From assembly GCA_945865815.1 (NCBI GenBank), contig CAMBFR010000009.1, positions 689-64,688 on the forward strand: a stretch of 64,000 nucleotides of DNA, in the 5' to 3' direction. Positions within the stretch are counted from its first letter, which is position 1. Every line of letters begins with the position of its first letter. Shown here piece by piece: positions 37,618-49,364 of the stretch. The DNA is from Candidatus Sulfopaludibacter sp. SbA3 (GTDB taxonomy: Bacteria > Acidobacteriota > Terriglobia > 20CM-2-55-15). Position numbers and translations under genes: made by a program. Below the pieces are notes generated by a model. That model did no database searches and was not told the origin of the DNA. It was given only the letters and a program-made list of their open reading frames with translations.

Positions 37618-39795
37618 TTACTTCGATGTGTTAACTGCTCTGCTTGAACGGGTGACGTCGTAAACGCCCGCGAGTTTTTTCAATGAAGCGACAACGCGTT
37701 CCAGATGCTTCATGTCCGGGATCTCGACGGTAAGATCGATAGTGCCTCGTTCATCCGCCGTTCGGGCCTCGACGTTGAGGATGTTCGATCGAATCTCCGA
37801 GATCACCGTCGCGATTTCGGCGAGCATCCCGGGCCGATCTTCCGTAACGATCGTCAATGGCACGGCGTAGGCTTCGGCATCGGGAACGGTACCGGCCCAT
37901 TCGACTTCGATCTTGCGGTCGGCATCGTACAGGAGATTCTGGACATTCGGGCAATTCTTGGAGTGCACAGCCACGCCCTTGCCCCGTGTGATGTAGCCGA
38001 TGATCTCTTCGCCCCGAATGGGACTGCAGCACTTTGCGCGGTAGACAAGCAGGTCGTCGAATCCCTTGACCTGCAGCTTTGCGTCGGTACCGAACCCAAG
38101 CACTCTCTTGACGACCGACGTAATTCTGGACTCCTCCCGGGATGAGGGCTCCTTGAGGCCGTCAGGGGACAATCGGGCCAGGATGGTCTTTGCAGAGATC
38201 TTGCCGTATCCGATGTGGGAGAGCAGGTCGTCAACCTTGCCGGCTGCGTACTCCGGCAGCAGATCATTCAGCTTGTCACTCTCGAGGAGGTCGCGCGCGT
38301 TCATCTTGTATTTCCGCGCTTCCTTTTCCATCATCTTGCGGCCGAGTTCGATTGCCCTTTCGCCCTCCTGCTCGTTCAGCCAATGCCGGATTTTGTTACG
38401 AGCCCTGGAGGTCCTCACGAAAGAGAGCCAGTCGCGGCTTGGTGTGTGACCGGACTGTGTGGTGATCTCGATCGTGTCGCCGTTCTTGAGCTTGCTCTTC
38501 AGCGGCGCCATCCGGCCATTAATCTTGGCGCCGACACAGGTATTCCCGACCTCGGTATGGATGGCGTAGGCGAAATCCACCGGCGTGGCATCCCGGGGCA
38601 ACGTAATGACCTGGCCCTTGGGCGTGAAGGCATACACTTCCTCGGGATAGAGATCGATCTTCAGCGTGCTGAGAAAATCCGCAGGATCTTTCATTTCCTG
38701 CTGCCATTCCACGAGGTGGCGCAGCCATGCAATCCGCTGATCCTCGCGATCGTCAGCGATGAGTTTGCCGCCCTTGTATTTCCAGTGCGCCGCGATGCCT
38801 TCCTCAGCCACATTGTGCATCTCGCCTGTGCGGATCTGGACCTCAAACGGCTGACCCTTGGCAATAACCGACGTGTGCAGCGATTGGTACATGTTGGGCC
38901 GCGGCATCGCGATGAAATCTTTGATACGGCCGGGAACGGGACGCCAGATGGTGTGAATCACGCCAAGCGCCGAATAACAGTTCTTCACGTTGTCTGTGAT
39001 TATGCGAATGGCGAGCAGGTCGTACACACGATCGAAGGCTATCCGCTGCTTCCTGAGCTTCTCGTGAATTGAATAAAGCCGCTTGACCCGCGACTCCGTG
39101 TAGGCCGGAATGCCCTGCTCCTTGAGCTTTTCCTCTACGGTCCTGGTGACGTCGGCAAGAAACGTTTCATGGGCCTTGCGATTACGTTCGACAAGGTCCT
39201 TCAGCTCCTGGTACGCCTTCGGATCAAGATAGCTGAAGGATAAATCTTCGAGCTCCCCGCGGATCTTGCCCATGCCGAGCCTGTTGGCAAGCGGGGCGTA
39301 GATATCCATGGTCTCGCGCGCTATCGCTTCACGGCGGTCGGCGGGAAGGTACGTCAAGGTCCGCATGTTGTGAAGACGGTCGGCAAACTTCACCATGATG
39401 ACGCGAATGTCGTCCGTCATCGCCAGGAGCATCTTGCGGAAGTTCTCAGCCTGCTTTTCTTCCTTGGAGGTGAAATGGATCTGGCTGATCTTGGTGACGC
39501 CGTCAACAATGTGAGCGGCATCCTTCCCAAAGAGATCGTCGATTTTTTCGAGCGTGGTCAGTGTGTCTTCGACGACATCGTGGAGCAGCCCGACGCTGAC
39601 GGTCAGGGCGTCCATTTTCATTTCGGCAAGAATGTTGCCGACTTCAAGAGGGTGAGTCAAATAAGGCTCGCCGGAAGCCCGCACCTGACCCTTGTGCTCC
39701 TTGGCGGAGAAGATGTAGGCGCGTCGAATGAGATCCAGGTTGTCGCCCGGATGATGCTTTTCGACCTTAGCGAGTATGTCTTCTAGGCGGATCAT
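37618..39795 (-). CDS. rel: bifunctional (p)ppGpp synthetase/hydrolase Rel/SpoT
   Basis: HD domain (HDVVEDT), RelA/SpoT synthetase domain, TGS and ACT C-terminal domains. 725 aa. Confidence 0.95.
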   Translation of the reverse strand: MIRLEDILAKVEKHHPGDNLDLIRRAYIFSAKEHKGQVRASGEPYLTHPLEVGNILAEMKMDALTVSVGLLHDVVEDTLTTLEKIDDLFGKDAAHIVDGVTKISQIHFTSKEEKQAENFRKMLLAMTDDIRVIMVKFADRLHNMRTLTYLPADRREAIARETMDIYAPLANRLGMGKIRGELEDLSFSYLDPKAYQELKDLVERNRKAHETFLADVTRTVEEKLKEQGIPAYTESRVKRLYSIHEKLRKQRIAFDRVYDLLAIRIITDNVKNCYSALGVIHTIWRPVPGRIKDFIAMPRPNMYQSLHTSVIAKGQPFEVQIRTGEMHNVAEEGIAAHWKYKGGKLIADDREDQRIAWLRHLVEWQQEMKDPADFLSTLKIDLYPEEVYAFTPKGQVITLPRDATPVDFAYAIHTEVGNTCVGAKINGRMAPLKSKLKNGDTIEITTQSGHTPSRDWLSFVRTSRARNKIRHWLNEQEGERAIELGRKMMEKEARKYKMNARDLLESDKLNDLLPEYAAGKVDDLLSHIGYGKISAKTILARLSPDGLKEPSSREESRITSVVKRVLGFGTDAKLQVKGFDDLLVYRAKCCSPIRGEEIIGYITRGKGVAVHSKNCPNVQNLLYDADRKIEVEWAGTVPDAEAYAVPLTIVTEDRPGMLAEIATVISEIRSNILNVEARTADERGTIDLTVEIPDMKHLERVVASLKKLAGVYDVTRSSRAVNTSK

Positions 39796-39894
39796 CTACT
39801 GTAGAATATATGAAAAAAGCCGCGAACACCGCGAACAACGCCAGATTTGTCGGCGTTATTTGCGGCGTCCGCGGCTTTAAGGTTCTATTCGAGC

Positions 39895-40623
39895 CTAGTT
39901 AGACAGAGAGCCGGCCTGCTTCTTTTCGGCGTTCCTCTTGCGAGTCTCGAGGGCCTTGTTAAACCACTCGTCGGCCTGAGTAATGAGCTGAGTCTTCTCT
40001 TCCTCGATTTCAGTCAGGCGAGCCTTCTCACGAAAGAGAAGATTCTTGTACGTCATGGCGTCTTCGTAGTCGGGATTGAGCGCCAGAGCCTTATCGAGGT
40101 TCTGCAAGCCTTCCTCGATCAGTTGACTCTGCTGCTCTGGCGGCGGCGGGTTATTCTTGTCGAAAACGATAATCCAGTTCACGCTGCCGATCGCATAGAG
40201 CGGCACCGGGTTGTTTGGCTCCAGTTGCGCATGCTTCATGTAGAACTCACGCGCCTTCTGGAGATCGTCCGTATTCTGGTACATGCTGGCCATGCCGGCG
40301 GTTGCAGTCACATTGTTCGGATCACGCCCCAAGACCTTTTGGTAAGTCTGGATGGCCAGGTCGGCGTTCTTCTGATTGTCTTCGGATTGAGCACCCGGAA
40401 TGAACTGTTGCTGGTAAGCGGTGCCAAGGTAGAGCTCCGCGTCGACCAACTCCGGATCCAGCCGGACGGCTTCCTGGAAGAACTGGACCGCAGCTTCGTA
40501 TTTGGCATCTCTGAAAGCGCGCACTCCCTTGTTCAGGTTATCCCGCGCCTGCAGTTTTGCGCAGCTGGCGGAGGCCAGTGCCAGGATTGCCAAGAGGGCG
40601 AGGATCAATTTTTTTTGCTGCAT
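39895..40623 (-). CDS. tetratricopeptide-repeat lipoprotein
   Basis: Lipobox LASASC and TPR repeats. Last gene of the tonB-exbBD cluster. Confidence 0.75.
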   Translation of the reverse strand: MQQKKLILALLAILALASASCAKLQARDNLNKGVRAFRDAKYEAAVQFFQEAVRLDPELVDAELYLGTAYQQQFIPGAQSEDNQKNADLAIQTYQKVLGRDPNNVTATAGMASMYQNTDDLQKAREFYMKHAQLEPNNPVPLYAIGSVNWIIVFDKNNPPPPEQQSQLIEEGLQNLDKALALNPDYEDAMTYKNLLFREKARLTEIEEEKTQLITQADEWFNKALETRKRNAEKKQAGSLSN

Positions 40624-40645
40624 AATGCGAATACCTCCCCTTCCG

Positions 40646-41080
40646 TTATTGAGTTGGTGACTGGATCTGCTCGGTCATCAAGCCGACCTTGTCAACTCCC
40701 GAACCTTTGGCGACGTCAATGATCTTGATGACGTCGGTAAAAAGAAGATCGGGGTCCGCGTTCACAAAGATTGTGCGGTCGTTGCGGGTCTTGAAGATGT
40801 CCTGAAATCGATCGGCGAGAAAGCGCAACTCGACGTCGTCCTGGTTGATCTTGATGAGTCCCGCGTTATCGATCGTCACAACAACAGTCTTGTTCAGCTC
40901 GTCCGGTGGCGGAGGGGGAGTTCCCGGCGGCGGCGGCTGTGGAACGGCCGCATCCAGACCCCTCGGCGTCATCGGAGTGATCACCATGAAGATGACCAGC
41001 AACACCAGGAGAATATCAATGAACGGAGTAATGTTGATATCTGCCTTGGACGCCAAATTCTTCGGTTTCTTTCTACTCAT
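40646..41080 (-). CDS. exbD: biopolymer transport protein ExbD/TolR (paralog 2)
   Basis: 144 aa with an N-terminal TM helix (INITPFIDILLVLLVIFMV). Confidence 0.85.
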   Translation of the reverse strand: MSRKKPKNLASKADINITPFIDILLVLLVIFMVITPMTPRGLDAAVPQPPPPGTPPPPPDELNKTVVVTIDNAGLIKINQDDVELRFLADRFQDIFKTRNDRTIFVNADPDLLFTDVIKIIDVAKGSGVDKVGLMTEQIQSPTQ

Positions 41081-41088
41081 GTGGCCTC

Positions 41089-41523
41089 CTACTGCCGGAC
41101 CGCGTCGTCGAGACGTTCGGTCAATAAACCAATTCTGTCGACGCCGGCACTCCGGATGGTATCTACAACCTGAACAACGCTGCCATATTTCGCGCGAAAA
41201 TCGCTCTTTACATAAACGGTCTTGTCAAGCCTGCTGGAGACCATGTCACCAACTTTTCTCGCAAGTTCTTCCAGGGTGATGCGATCCATTCCCAGGAAGT
41301 AGTTTCCGTCGCGCGTGACCGCAATCAAAACGGCGTCGTCACGATCGGCCTCTGTCATATCGACAGGGTTTGCGGTTTTTGCCATCTCGACAGTTGCGCC
41401 CTTCTGCAACATCGGAGTGACCACCATGAAGATGATCAACAGCACAAGCATCACGTCTGCCATCGGCGTTACGTTAATTTCGGAGGTGACTTCGCCTCGG
41501 CCACCTCCACCGCTCATCGCCAT
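41089..41523 (-). CDS. exbD: biopolymer transport protein ExbD/TolR (paralog 1)
   Basis: 144 aa with the same INVTPMADVMLVLLIIFMV pattern. Confidence 0.85.
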   Translation of the reverse strand: MAMSGGGGRGEVTSEINVTPMADVMLVLLIIFMVVTPMLQKGATVEMAKTANPVDMTEADRDDAVLIAVTRDGNYFLGMDRITLEELARKVGDMVSSRLDKTVYVKSDFRAKYGSVVQVVDTIRSAGVDRIGLLTERLDDAVRQ

Positions 41524-41529
41524 GGTTGG

Positions 41530-42261
41530 TTACTTCTTTCCCGAGCGCTGCTTGATGAAGTAATCAATCAGCTCGGATGATGAGTTGGTCATTTCGATGG
41601 TGAATGCCTCGACTTTGTTGGTGAACCAGTTGTAGGCCCAAACTGCGGGAACGGCCACGAACAAACCGAAAGCGGTAGTAAGGAGAGCTTCAGAAATACC
41701 GCCGGCCACAGCCGACAGGCCAGCCGTCTTTTCAGATGACATGGCAGCGAATGCGTTGATGATTCCGACAGTGGTTCCAAACAGACCGACGAAAGGAGCC
41801 GTCGCACCGATTGTCGCAAGACCCGAAAGGCCGCGCTTCAATTCGGCGTTCACGATAGCCTCAGCGCGCTCGCAGGCACGGCGGGAGGATTCAATAGTCT
41901 CCCCGGCCAGCTCGCTGGACACGTTATGCGCGCGGAATTCCTGAAGACCGGCCTCGACGACTTTGGCCAGATGGCTGCGCTTGTTTTGCTCGGCCACGCT
42001 GATGGCTTCATCAATTTTCCCTTCCTTCAAGCAACCGGCAACCGCGGGAGCAAACTCCCGGGACTGCTTGCGAGCCTGGCTGAAGGCAATGTAACGATCG
42101 ATCATCACTCCGATTGACCATGCAGACATGACGGCGAGAAGGACAACGACCGCCTTGGCGGCGAATCCCATCTGCGCCCACATTGAGCGAAGGTCAAAAC
42201 CGACCTCCTGCAGGAGCAACATTCCAAGAAAGTTCAGTTTAAAGAGAAGCATAAAATCCAA
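41530..42261 (-). CDS. exbB: MotA/TolQ/ExbB proton channel protein
   Basis: 243 aa, three TM helices, ExbB/TolQ sequence. Confidence 0.85.
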   Translation of the reverse strand: MDFMLLFKLNFLGMLLLQEVGFDLRSMWAQMGFAAKAVVVLLAVMSAWSIGVMIDRYIAFSQARKQSREFAPAVAGCLKEGKIDEAISVAEQNKRSHLAKVVEAGLQEFRAHNVSSELAGETIESSRRACERAEAIVNAELKRGLSGLATIGATAPFVGLFGTTVGIINAFAAMSSEKTAGLSAVAGGISEALLTTAFGLFVAVPAVWAYNWFTNKVEAFTIEMTNSSSELIDYFIKQRSGKK

Positions 42262-42376
42262 ATCCTCCTAAAAATTCCTGTCTCACAGGGTGTAATTTCT
42301 TGGCTCTCTACGGCCGCAGGGCTCAGCCCGCGGCCGCAAGAAGCCTGAATCGTAAAGTGTTCCGCTGGCGATCTCG

Positions 42377-43135
42377 CTATTGGAACGCGAAATTCACAGT
42401 AATCGTAGTCACCACTTCCACGGGCTCGTTATTCAACATCGTCGGCTTGTATTGCCATTGCTTCACAGCATCGAGCGCAGCGTTGATCAACAGCGGATGA
42501 CCGGTAATGACCTTCAGGTTATCGACCGCTCCGGTTTTGCTGATGACGGCTTCCAGAACTACTACACCTTGAATACGCGCCTGTCTGGCAAGCGGCGGAT
42601 AAACCGGCTTCACCTGATTCACCAGATTCGCCTGTTGAACATTTCCTCCAACGCGGACGCGTTGCGGCGGCGGTGGCGGCGGCGGCGGTGGCGGTGGTGG
42701 TGGCGGCGGCGGCGGCGCGGCATCATCCTGCGACTTCAGAACGCCTCCCAGTACTCCGGCGAGCACTCCAGAGCGGTTCGTCCCTCCCACAACGCCCAGG
42801 GACGGCGGCGGGCCTTCGTCGCGAATGATCGCGATTTCCTTTGGGATCTCGGTCGGCGCAACCATGGTTCCAGGATCAATCTGCACTTCTCTCACGACCA
42901 CTTGCTGGACCGGCGCGACTTCAGTTGGTGGCGGCGGTGGCGGTGGTGGTGGCGGCGGCGGCGCGACCAAAAACGTCAGCAACGTGCCTGCTTCCAGCTC
43001 CGAGTAATTGAGCAACGGAATCAAGATCATGACGAGGATGATCACGACGTGAATCACGGTCGAAATCAATACCGTAGCGCCCTTCTTCGCCTGTCCGCTG
43101 GACTCGATCAAAGAATCCTCGAACATACCGTTCAA
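42377..43135 (-). CDS. tonB: energy transducer TonB with two pure polyproline tracts
   Basis: N-terminal TM anchor, tracts of 12 and 17 consecutive Pro, and a C-terminal TonB domain (KPVYPPLARQARIQGVVVLEAVISKTG). Confidence 0.8.
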   Translation of the reverse strand: MNGMFEDSLIESSGQAKKGATVLISTVIHVVIILVMILIPLLNYSELEAGTLLTFLVAPPPPPPPPPPPPTEVAPVQQVVVREVQIDPGTMVAPTEIPKEIAIIRDEGPPPSLGVVGGTNRSGVLAGVLGGVLKSQDDAAPPPPPPPPPPPPPPPPPQRVRVGGNVQQANLVNQVKPVYPPLARQARIQGVVVLEAVISKTGAVDNLKVITGHPLLINAALDAVKQWQYKPTMLNNEPVEVVTTITVNFAFQ

Positions 43136-43378
43136 CCTCCCTTCAAACTATCTGTATGGCGATAAGCTCCATCTCTGGGCTCACGCCAAACCTGTCAGGA
43201 CTTTCGTCTCGAATCACCGACGAAGCCGTATGCCGCAGCGAGCGGAACCAATTAAATGCCGACTCCTCGAAGCTGATTCTTCCTCTTTAAACGTTAACGC
43301 TAGGCAGGCATTTGTAAACAGGACGGAAACTTATATCAACGCACTGCCCATATGTCAACCGCCCGTTTTCCCCCAGAA

Positions 43379-44341
43379 CTACTTCGCTTTCACTGAACGC
43401 GCAACCTTCGTGGAAGCTAACGGCTGAACTGCCGCCTGGCTTCTCCATCTCGAATAAATCAACACCAGCGGTGAGGCGATCGCTACCGTCGAATAAGCTC
43501 CGACGATTACGCCTATAACAAGGGTGAACGCGAAATTGTTGATGATTTCACCGCCGAACACGAACAGGGCCAGGACGGCAACAAACGTCGAGATCGCTGT
43601 CAGAATCGTGCGGCCGAACGTTTGGTTAATGGCCTCGTTCAGCACGGCCTCCATGTCGTCCCGCCGGCGGACCTTCAGGTTTTCGCGGACGCGATCGAAG
43701 ATCACAATCGTGTCGTTAACCGAATAACCGACAAGAGTCAGGAGGGCCGCAATCACAGTCAAGTTGATCTCACGATCAAACAGCGAGAAGAAGCCGAGCG
43801 TTACCAGGGCATCATGAAACACCGCGAAGACCGCCGCCGCACCATATATCCATTCAAATCGGAACGCGATGTAAATGAGAATTCCGCCAAGCGCGTACAG
43901 AGTGGCAAAAATGGCCTGGCGTCTCAGGTCAGCCCCGACTTTCGGCCCGACCGACTCGGCCTTCAAGAGCTCGTATTTGCCGGAAAAACCCTTTTCCAGG
44001 GCGTTGTTGATAACTTCCCGGCCAAGACTTGCGTCGGTCGCGTCGGCTTCGCCTTCGAACTCGATCAGGAAATTGTTTTCAAGGCCCGCGCCCCTTAGTT
44101 CCTGAATCTGGCTGTTCAGGGCGCCGTTGTCACGCAATGTCTGCCGCACGGTATCGACAGTGACGGGCTCGTTGAATTTGACGTATACGAGCGTACCGCC
44201 CTTGAAATCGACTCCGTAACGGAACGCCCCGTGACCGATCAGCGAGATTGCTCCAATCAGGATCAGGGCGCCCGATACTGCGAGAAACAATTTCCTCTTA
44301 CCGAGCCAATCGACCTTAATGTTTTTAAATAGTTGAACCAT
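43379..44341 (-). CDS. secF: protein translocase subunit SecF
   Basis: 320 aa with the SecF sequence pattern. Confidence 0.9.
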   Translation of the reverse strand: MVQLFKNIKVDWLGKRKLFLAVSGALILIGAISLIGHGAFRYGVDFKGGTLVYVKFNEPVTVDTVRQTLRDNGALNSQIQELRGAGLENNFLIEFEGEADATDASLGREVINNALEKGFSGKYELLKAESVGPKVGADLRRQAIFATLYALGGILIYIAFRFEWIYGAAAVFAVFHDALVTLGFFSLFDREINLTVIAALLTLVGYSVNDTIVIFDRVRENLKVRRRDDMEAVLNEAINQTFGRTILTAISTFVAVLALFVFGGEIINNFAFTLVIGVIVGAYSTVAIASPLVLIYSRWRSQAAVQPLASTKVARSVKAK

Positions 44342-44397
44342 TCCGATTTACCTAACTATAGACACCGAAGTGGATAGTCTTGTTCCCCCCGGGAATT

Positions 44398-45999
44398 TCA
44401 AATGCTGAGCGCTTCAGAGCGGCCTTTTCGCGAAAGAACCAATTCGAAGAGCGTCCTAGAAACAAAGACCGACGTGAACATGTTCGCAATCAGACCGATA
44501 ATGAGAGTCACAGCGAATCCTTTTACAGGCCCGGTTCCGAACAGGAACAGAAAGATTGCCGATATCAGCGCGGCCAGATGCGTATCGACCAGCGTTATAA
44601 ACACGCGCTGGAAGCTCGTCGTCACAGCCGATATAGGTGTTTTGCCGGCCCTCATTTCTTCGCGAATGCGTTCGAAGATGAGCACGTTCGAATCGATACC
44701 CATACCAATGGTCAGAATTACGCCGGCAATGCCGGGCAGGGTCAGCGCAGCTCCAAAATAGGCCATCGCTCCCAGCAGAATGAGCAGATTCAGCGCCATT
44801 GCGACGGTCGCATTGATTCCTGAAAACCTGTAGTAGAAGAGCACGAGGATAACGACGGCTATCAATGCGGCAATCGAGGCAATGACTCCCTTACGAATGG
44901 AATCCGCGCCAAGCGAGGGGCCAACCACCTGCTCTTCGAGATATTGAATCGAGGCGGGCAATGCGCCCGATCGCAGGACTAAAGCGAGGTCCTGTGCGAC
45001 CTGCGGCACAAATCCGGTAGCTCCGCCGGTAATCACGCCCGAATCCGTAATCCGGTCATTAATAGTAGGCGCCGACTGGATGCGGCCATCGAGAACGATG
45101 GCCAGCTGCCGGCCGATGTTGGCCTCCGTCGTCCTGCCGAAACGCTGCGCGCCATCGGCGTTCAGATTGAAACTCACTGCCGGCCGGCCATTCTCGTCGC
45201 GTGATGGAAATGCACCCTTCAAATCGCGGCCTGTTACGGCTGCCACACGGTCAACCGCGTAATACATGGTTGATGTCGTGGGAACGCCCGGATCCCGTTC
45301 GACGGATGGAAGGATTTCGATGTTGGCCGGAACCAGGCCACCGTAGTTCTGAATGGCGGCGTCCTGGCTTGCAAAAGGTCCCGCCTGGACGATCTTGAGC
45401 TCGAGCAGGGCCGTCGACTGCATGATGCCCTTCACGCGGGCCGGATCATCGACGCCTGGTAACTGAACGACGATCTCGTCCGTGCTGCCCTGCTTTTGAA
45501 TGTTGATTTCGCCGACTCCGAATTCATCAATACGGTTGCGAATCGTATTGATGGCCTGATCGACCGCCTGTGTCCTGTAGAGCTGGGTCGTTGCCGGCTT
45601 CAAGCGCATCGTGTAAGTGTTCGGCACTTCGCCGGCGGTAGAAACCAGATCCCACTCCGTGAAACCACCGCTCAACATGCGGCGAACATCGGCATCTTTG
45701 CTGGGGTCTACCCCGACGGCTGTGAACTGGTCATTCTGCGCTCTGGTAAGTTGGCGGAAAGCAATGTTCTCGCTTTGAAGGACCTCGCGCAGCCGTTCGA
45801 TTGCCTGGTCCGTCTCGGACCGGATGGCGTCGTCGGTAACGACCTGCAGCACCAGGTGGGTACCGCCCCGAAGATCCAGGCCAAGTTTGATCTTCTCGCT
45901 CATCTTCGCAAACGATGGAGGAAAACCGGCAAACAGAAACACCGCCAGCGCAGCAACACCTGCAGTGATCAACAATCGTGTGCGAATTCTCTTTTTCAT
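44398..45999 (-). CDS. secD: protein translocase subunit SecD
   Basis: 533 aa with the SecD sequence pattern. Confidence 0.9.
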   Translation of the reverse strand: MKKRIRTRLLITAGVAALAVFLFAGFPPSFAKMSEKIKLGLDLRGGTHLVLQVVTDDAIRSETDQAIERLREVLQSENIAFRQLTRAQNDQFTAVGVDPSKDADVRRMLSGGFTEWDLVSTAGEVPNTYTMRLKPATTQLYRTQAVDQAINTIRNRIDEFGVGEINIQKQGSTDEIVVQLPGVDDPARVKGIMQSTALLELKIVQAGPFASQDAAIQNYGGLVPANIEILPSVERDPGVPTTSTMYYAVDRVAAVTGRDLKGAFPSRDENGRPAVSFNLNADGAQRFGRTTEANIGRQLAIVLDGRIQSAPTINDRITDSGVITGGATGFVPQVAQDLALVLRSGALPASIQYLEEQVVGPSLGADSIRKGVIASIAALIAVVILVLFYYRFSGINATVAMALNLLILLGAMAYFGAALTLPGIAGVILTIGMGIDSNVLIFERIREEMRAGKTPISAVTTSFQRVFITLVDTHLAALISAIFLFLFGTGPVKGFAVTLIIGLIANMFTSVFVSRTLFELVLSRKGRSEALSI

Positions 46000-46019
46000 A
46001 TGCTTGCTCTCTAAGAGTT

Positions 46020-47422
<1,403 letters not shown>

Positions 47423-48403
47423 TTAAACAAGGTGGCAGGCGACATCGCGGTCGTCACCAAGTTTTCGAAGCGGTGGTTCTTCGACGCGGCAGCGGTCGAC
47501 AGCGATGGGACAACGCGTATGGAATCGGCATCCGGAAGGAGGATTGATCGGTGTCGGGACATCACCTTTGAGCACGATCCGTTGTTTCTTTGCCGCAGGG
47601 TCTGGAATCGGCACTGCGCTCAACAGCGCGAGAGTGTAGGGGTGCTTAGGGTCCAGACAAATCTGTTCGCTCGTGCCAACCTCTACGATCTTGCCCAGGT
47701 ACATGACGCCGATTCGCGTGGAAATATGCTCAATCACGGGAATCGCGTGCGAAATGAACAGATATGTCAGTCCAAACTGTTCTTGAAGATCCGCAAGAAG
47801 ATTGATGATCTGCGCCTGAATGGAAACGTCGAGCGCCGAAACCGGCTCGTCGGCAACAATCAGTTTGGGCTTCAGCGCCAGCGCCCGGGCGATGCCGATT
47901 CGCTGCCTCTGGCCTCCGCTGAACTCGTGCGGATATCGATTCATCACCGTGGGATCCAGCCCTACGGTCTTCAACAATTCGGCGACGCGATCGGTACCGT
48001 CAGATACGGCAACCATGCCGTGGATGACAAAAGGCTCGCCCACTATCGATCGAATGGTCATTCGCGGATTCAGCGATGCGTATGGATCCTGGAAAATGAT
48101 CTGCATGTCGCGCCGCGCCTGGCGCAACGCCGAAGAACTCAACGCGCGCAGATCGCGGCCTTCAAAGCGTATTTCTCCATCGTCCGGTTCGATCAGGCGC
48201 AGAACGGCGCGGCCGGCCGTAGTCTTTCCGCACCCGGACTCGCCGACCAGGCCGAACGTCTCGCCTCTGCCGATATCAAAGCTGATGTCGTCGACCGCTT
48301 TGACGTGGGCGGCCACTCGGGAAAGGACACCCCGGCGTATCGGAAAATACTTCTTCAGATTGCGAACTCGGAGAAGGGCCTCGCGCTCGTCAGGAATGGG
48401 CAT
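47423..48403 (-). CDS. oppF: oligopeptide/dipeptide ABC transporter ATP-binding protein (OppF/DppF-type)
   Basis: Walker [10 protein letters not shown] and an Opp-type C-terminal extension. Confidence 0.85.
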   Translation of the reverse strand: MPIPDEREALLRVRNLKKYFPIRRGVLSRVAAHVKAVDDISFDIGRGETFGLVGESGCGKTTAGRAVLRLIEPDDGEIRFEGRDLRALSSSALRQARRDMQIIFQDPYASLNPRMTIRSIVGEPFVIHGMVAVSDGTDRVAELLKTVGLDPTVMNRYPHEFSGGQRQRIGIARALALKPKLIVADEPVSALDVSIQAQIINLLADLQEQFGLTYLFISHAIPVIEHISTRIGVMYLGKIVEVGTSEQICLDPKHPYTLALLSAVPIPDPAAKKQRIVLKGDVPTPINPPSGCRFHTRCPIAVDRCRVEEPPLRKLGDDRDVACHLV

Positions 48404-49364
48404 GGATGCAGCGAACCTCCTGGCGTTCGTTCACCGGCTCGAGCTGAATCTCGGTACGCGTGCATTCATCGGTTTTCTTCGGACAGCGGGGCGCGAACGA
48501 GCATCCGGCAGGCAGCCTGAGCAGATTCGGAACCATGCCTTCGACTACATCGAGACGATCTTTCTTCAACCGGCTTGAACCCAAACGCGGTATGGACCGC
48601 AACAGCCCCTGAGTGTATGGATGCCTCGCGTTATGGAAGACATCCATGGCAGGTCCGATCTCGATGATCTTCCCCGCATACATCACCGCCACGGTTTCTG
48701 CGACTTCCGCGATCACGCCGAGATCGTGCGAAATGAGGATCAGCGAAAGGTTGTATTGGCTTCGAAGGCTGTCCAGGAGTTCGAGAATCTGGGCTTGAAT
48801 AGTGACATCGAGCGCTGTAGTCGGCTCATCGGCGATTACCAGTGCGGGATTGCAGACAAGCGCCATGGCGATCATGATCCGCTGACGCATGCCGCCCGAG
48901 AGCTGGTGGGGATAGTCCCTGGCACGCTTTTCAGGGTCCGGAATGGAAACCGCCCGCATGGCCTCCACAGCGCGAGACCAGGCTTCCTGTTTCGAAATGT
49001 TCTCGTGTGCACGAACCGCCTCGACGATCTGAAAACCCACTTCAAACACTGGATTCAATGCGGTCATCGGTTCCTGAAAGATCATTGAGATTTGAGCGCC
49101 CCGCACCTGCCGCATGTCGTCTTCGCTGAGAGTAATAAGGTCGCGGCCGTTCAAGAGGACTTGACCTTCAACGATTCTGCCGGGAGGACTGATCAGCCGT
49201 GTGATCGACATCGCCGTGACGCTCTTCCCGCATCCGCTTTCGCCGACCAGTCCCAGGGTCTTCCCCTTTTCGAGGCGGAATGAAACGCCGTCTACCGCCT
49301 TGATAACGCCTTCGTGGGTAAAGAAGTGGGTTTTTAGATTTTTGACTTCAAGAACGTTCGTCAA
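48390..49364 (-). CDS. oppD: oligopeptide/dipeptide ABC transporter ATP-binding protein (OppD/DppD-type)
   Basis: Walker [10 protein letters not shown]. Overlaps oppF by 14 nt. Confidence 0.85.
   Translation of the reverse strand: MTNVLEVKNLKTHFFTHEGVIKAVDGVSFRLEKGKTLGLVGESGCGKSVTAMSITRLISPPGRIVEGQVLLNGRDLITLSEDDMRQVRGAQISMIFQEPMTALNPVFEVGFQIVEAVRAHENISKQEAWSRAVEAMRAVSIPDPEKRARDYPHQLSGGMRQRIMIAMALVCNPALVIADEPTTALDVTIQAQILELLDSLRSQYNLSLILISHDLGVIAEVAETVAVMYAGKIIEIGPAMDVFHNARHPYTQGLLRSIPRLGSSRLKKDRLDVVEGMVPNLLRLPAGCSFAPRCPKKTDECTRTEIQLEPVNERQEVRCIHAHS

Noticed and set aside
38215-39072. 285-aa plus-strand ORF opposite rel
   Set aside because: Antisense artefact.
42640-42970. GGC/GGT triplet-repeat tracts considered as a tandem repeat or CRISPR-like element
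   Set aside because: They are the coding sequence of the two polyproline tracts inside tonB, not an independent repeat array.
42380-43165. 261-aa plus-strand ORF, together with a 60-aa poly-Gly ORF (42825..43007), opposite tonB
   Set aside because: This is a mirror image of the polyproline-coding repeats (the poly-Gly/Arg/Trp translation). The TonB reading is supported by the TM and C-terminal domains.
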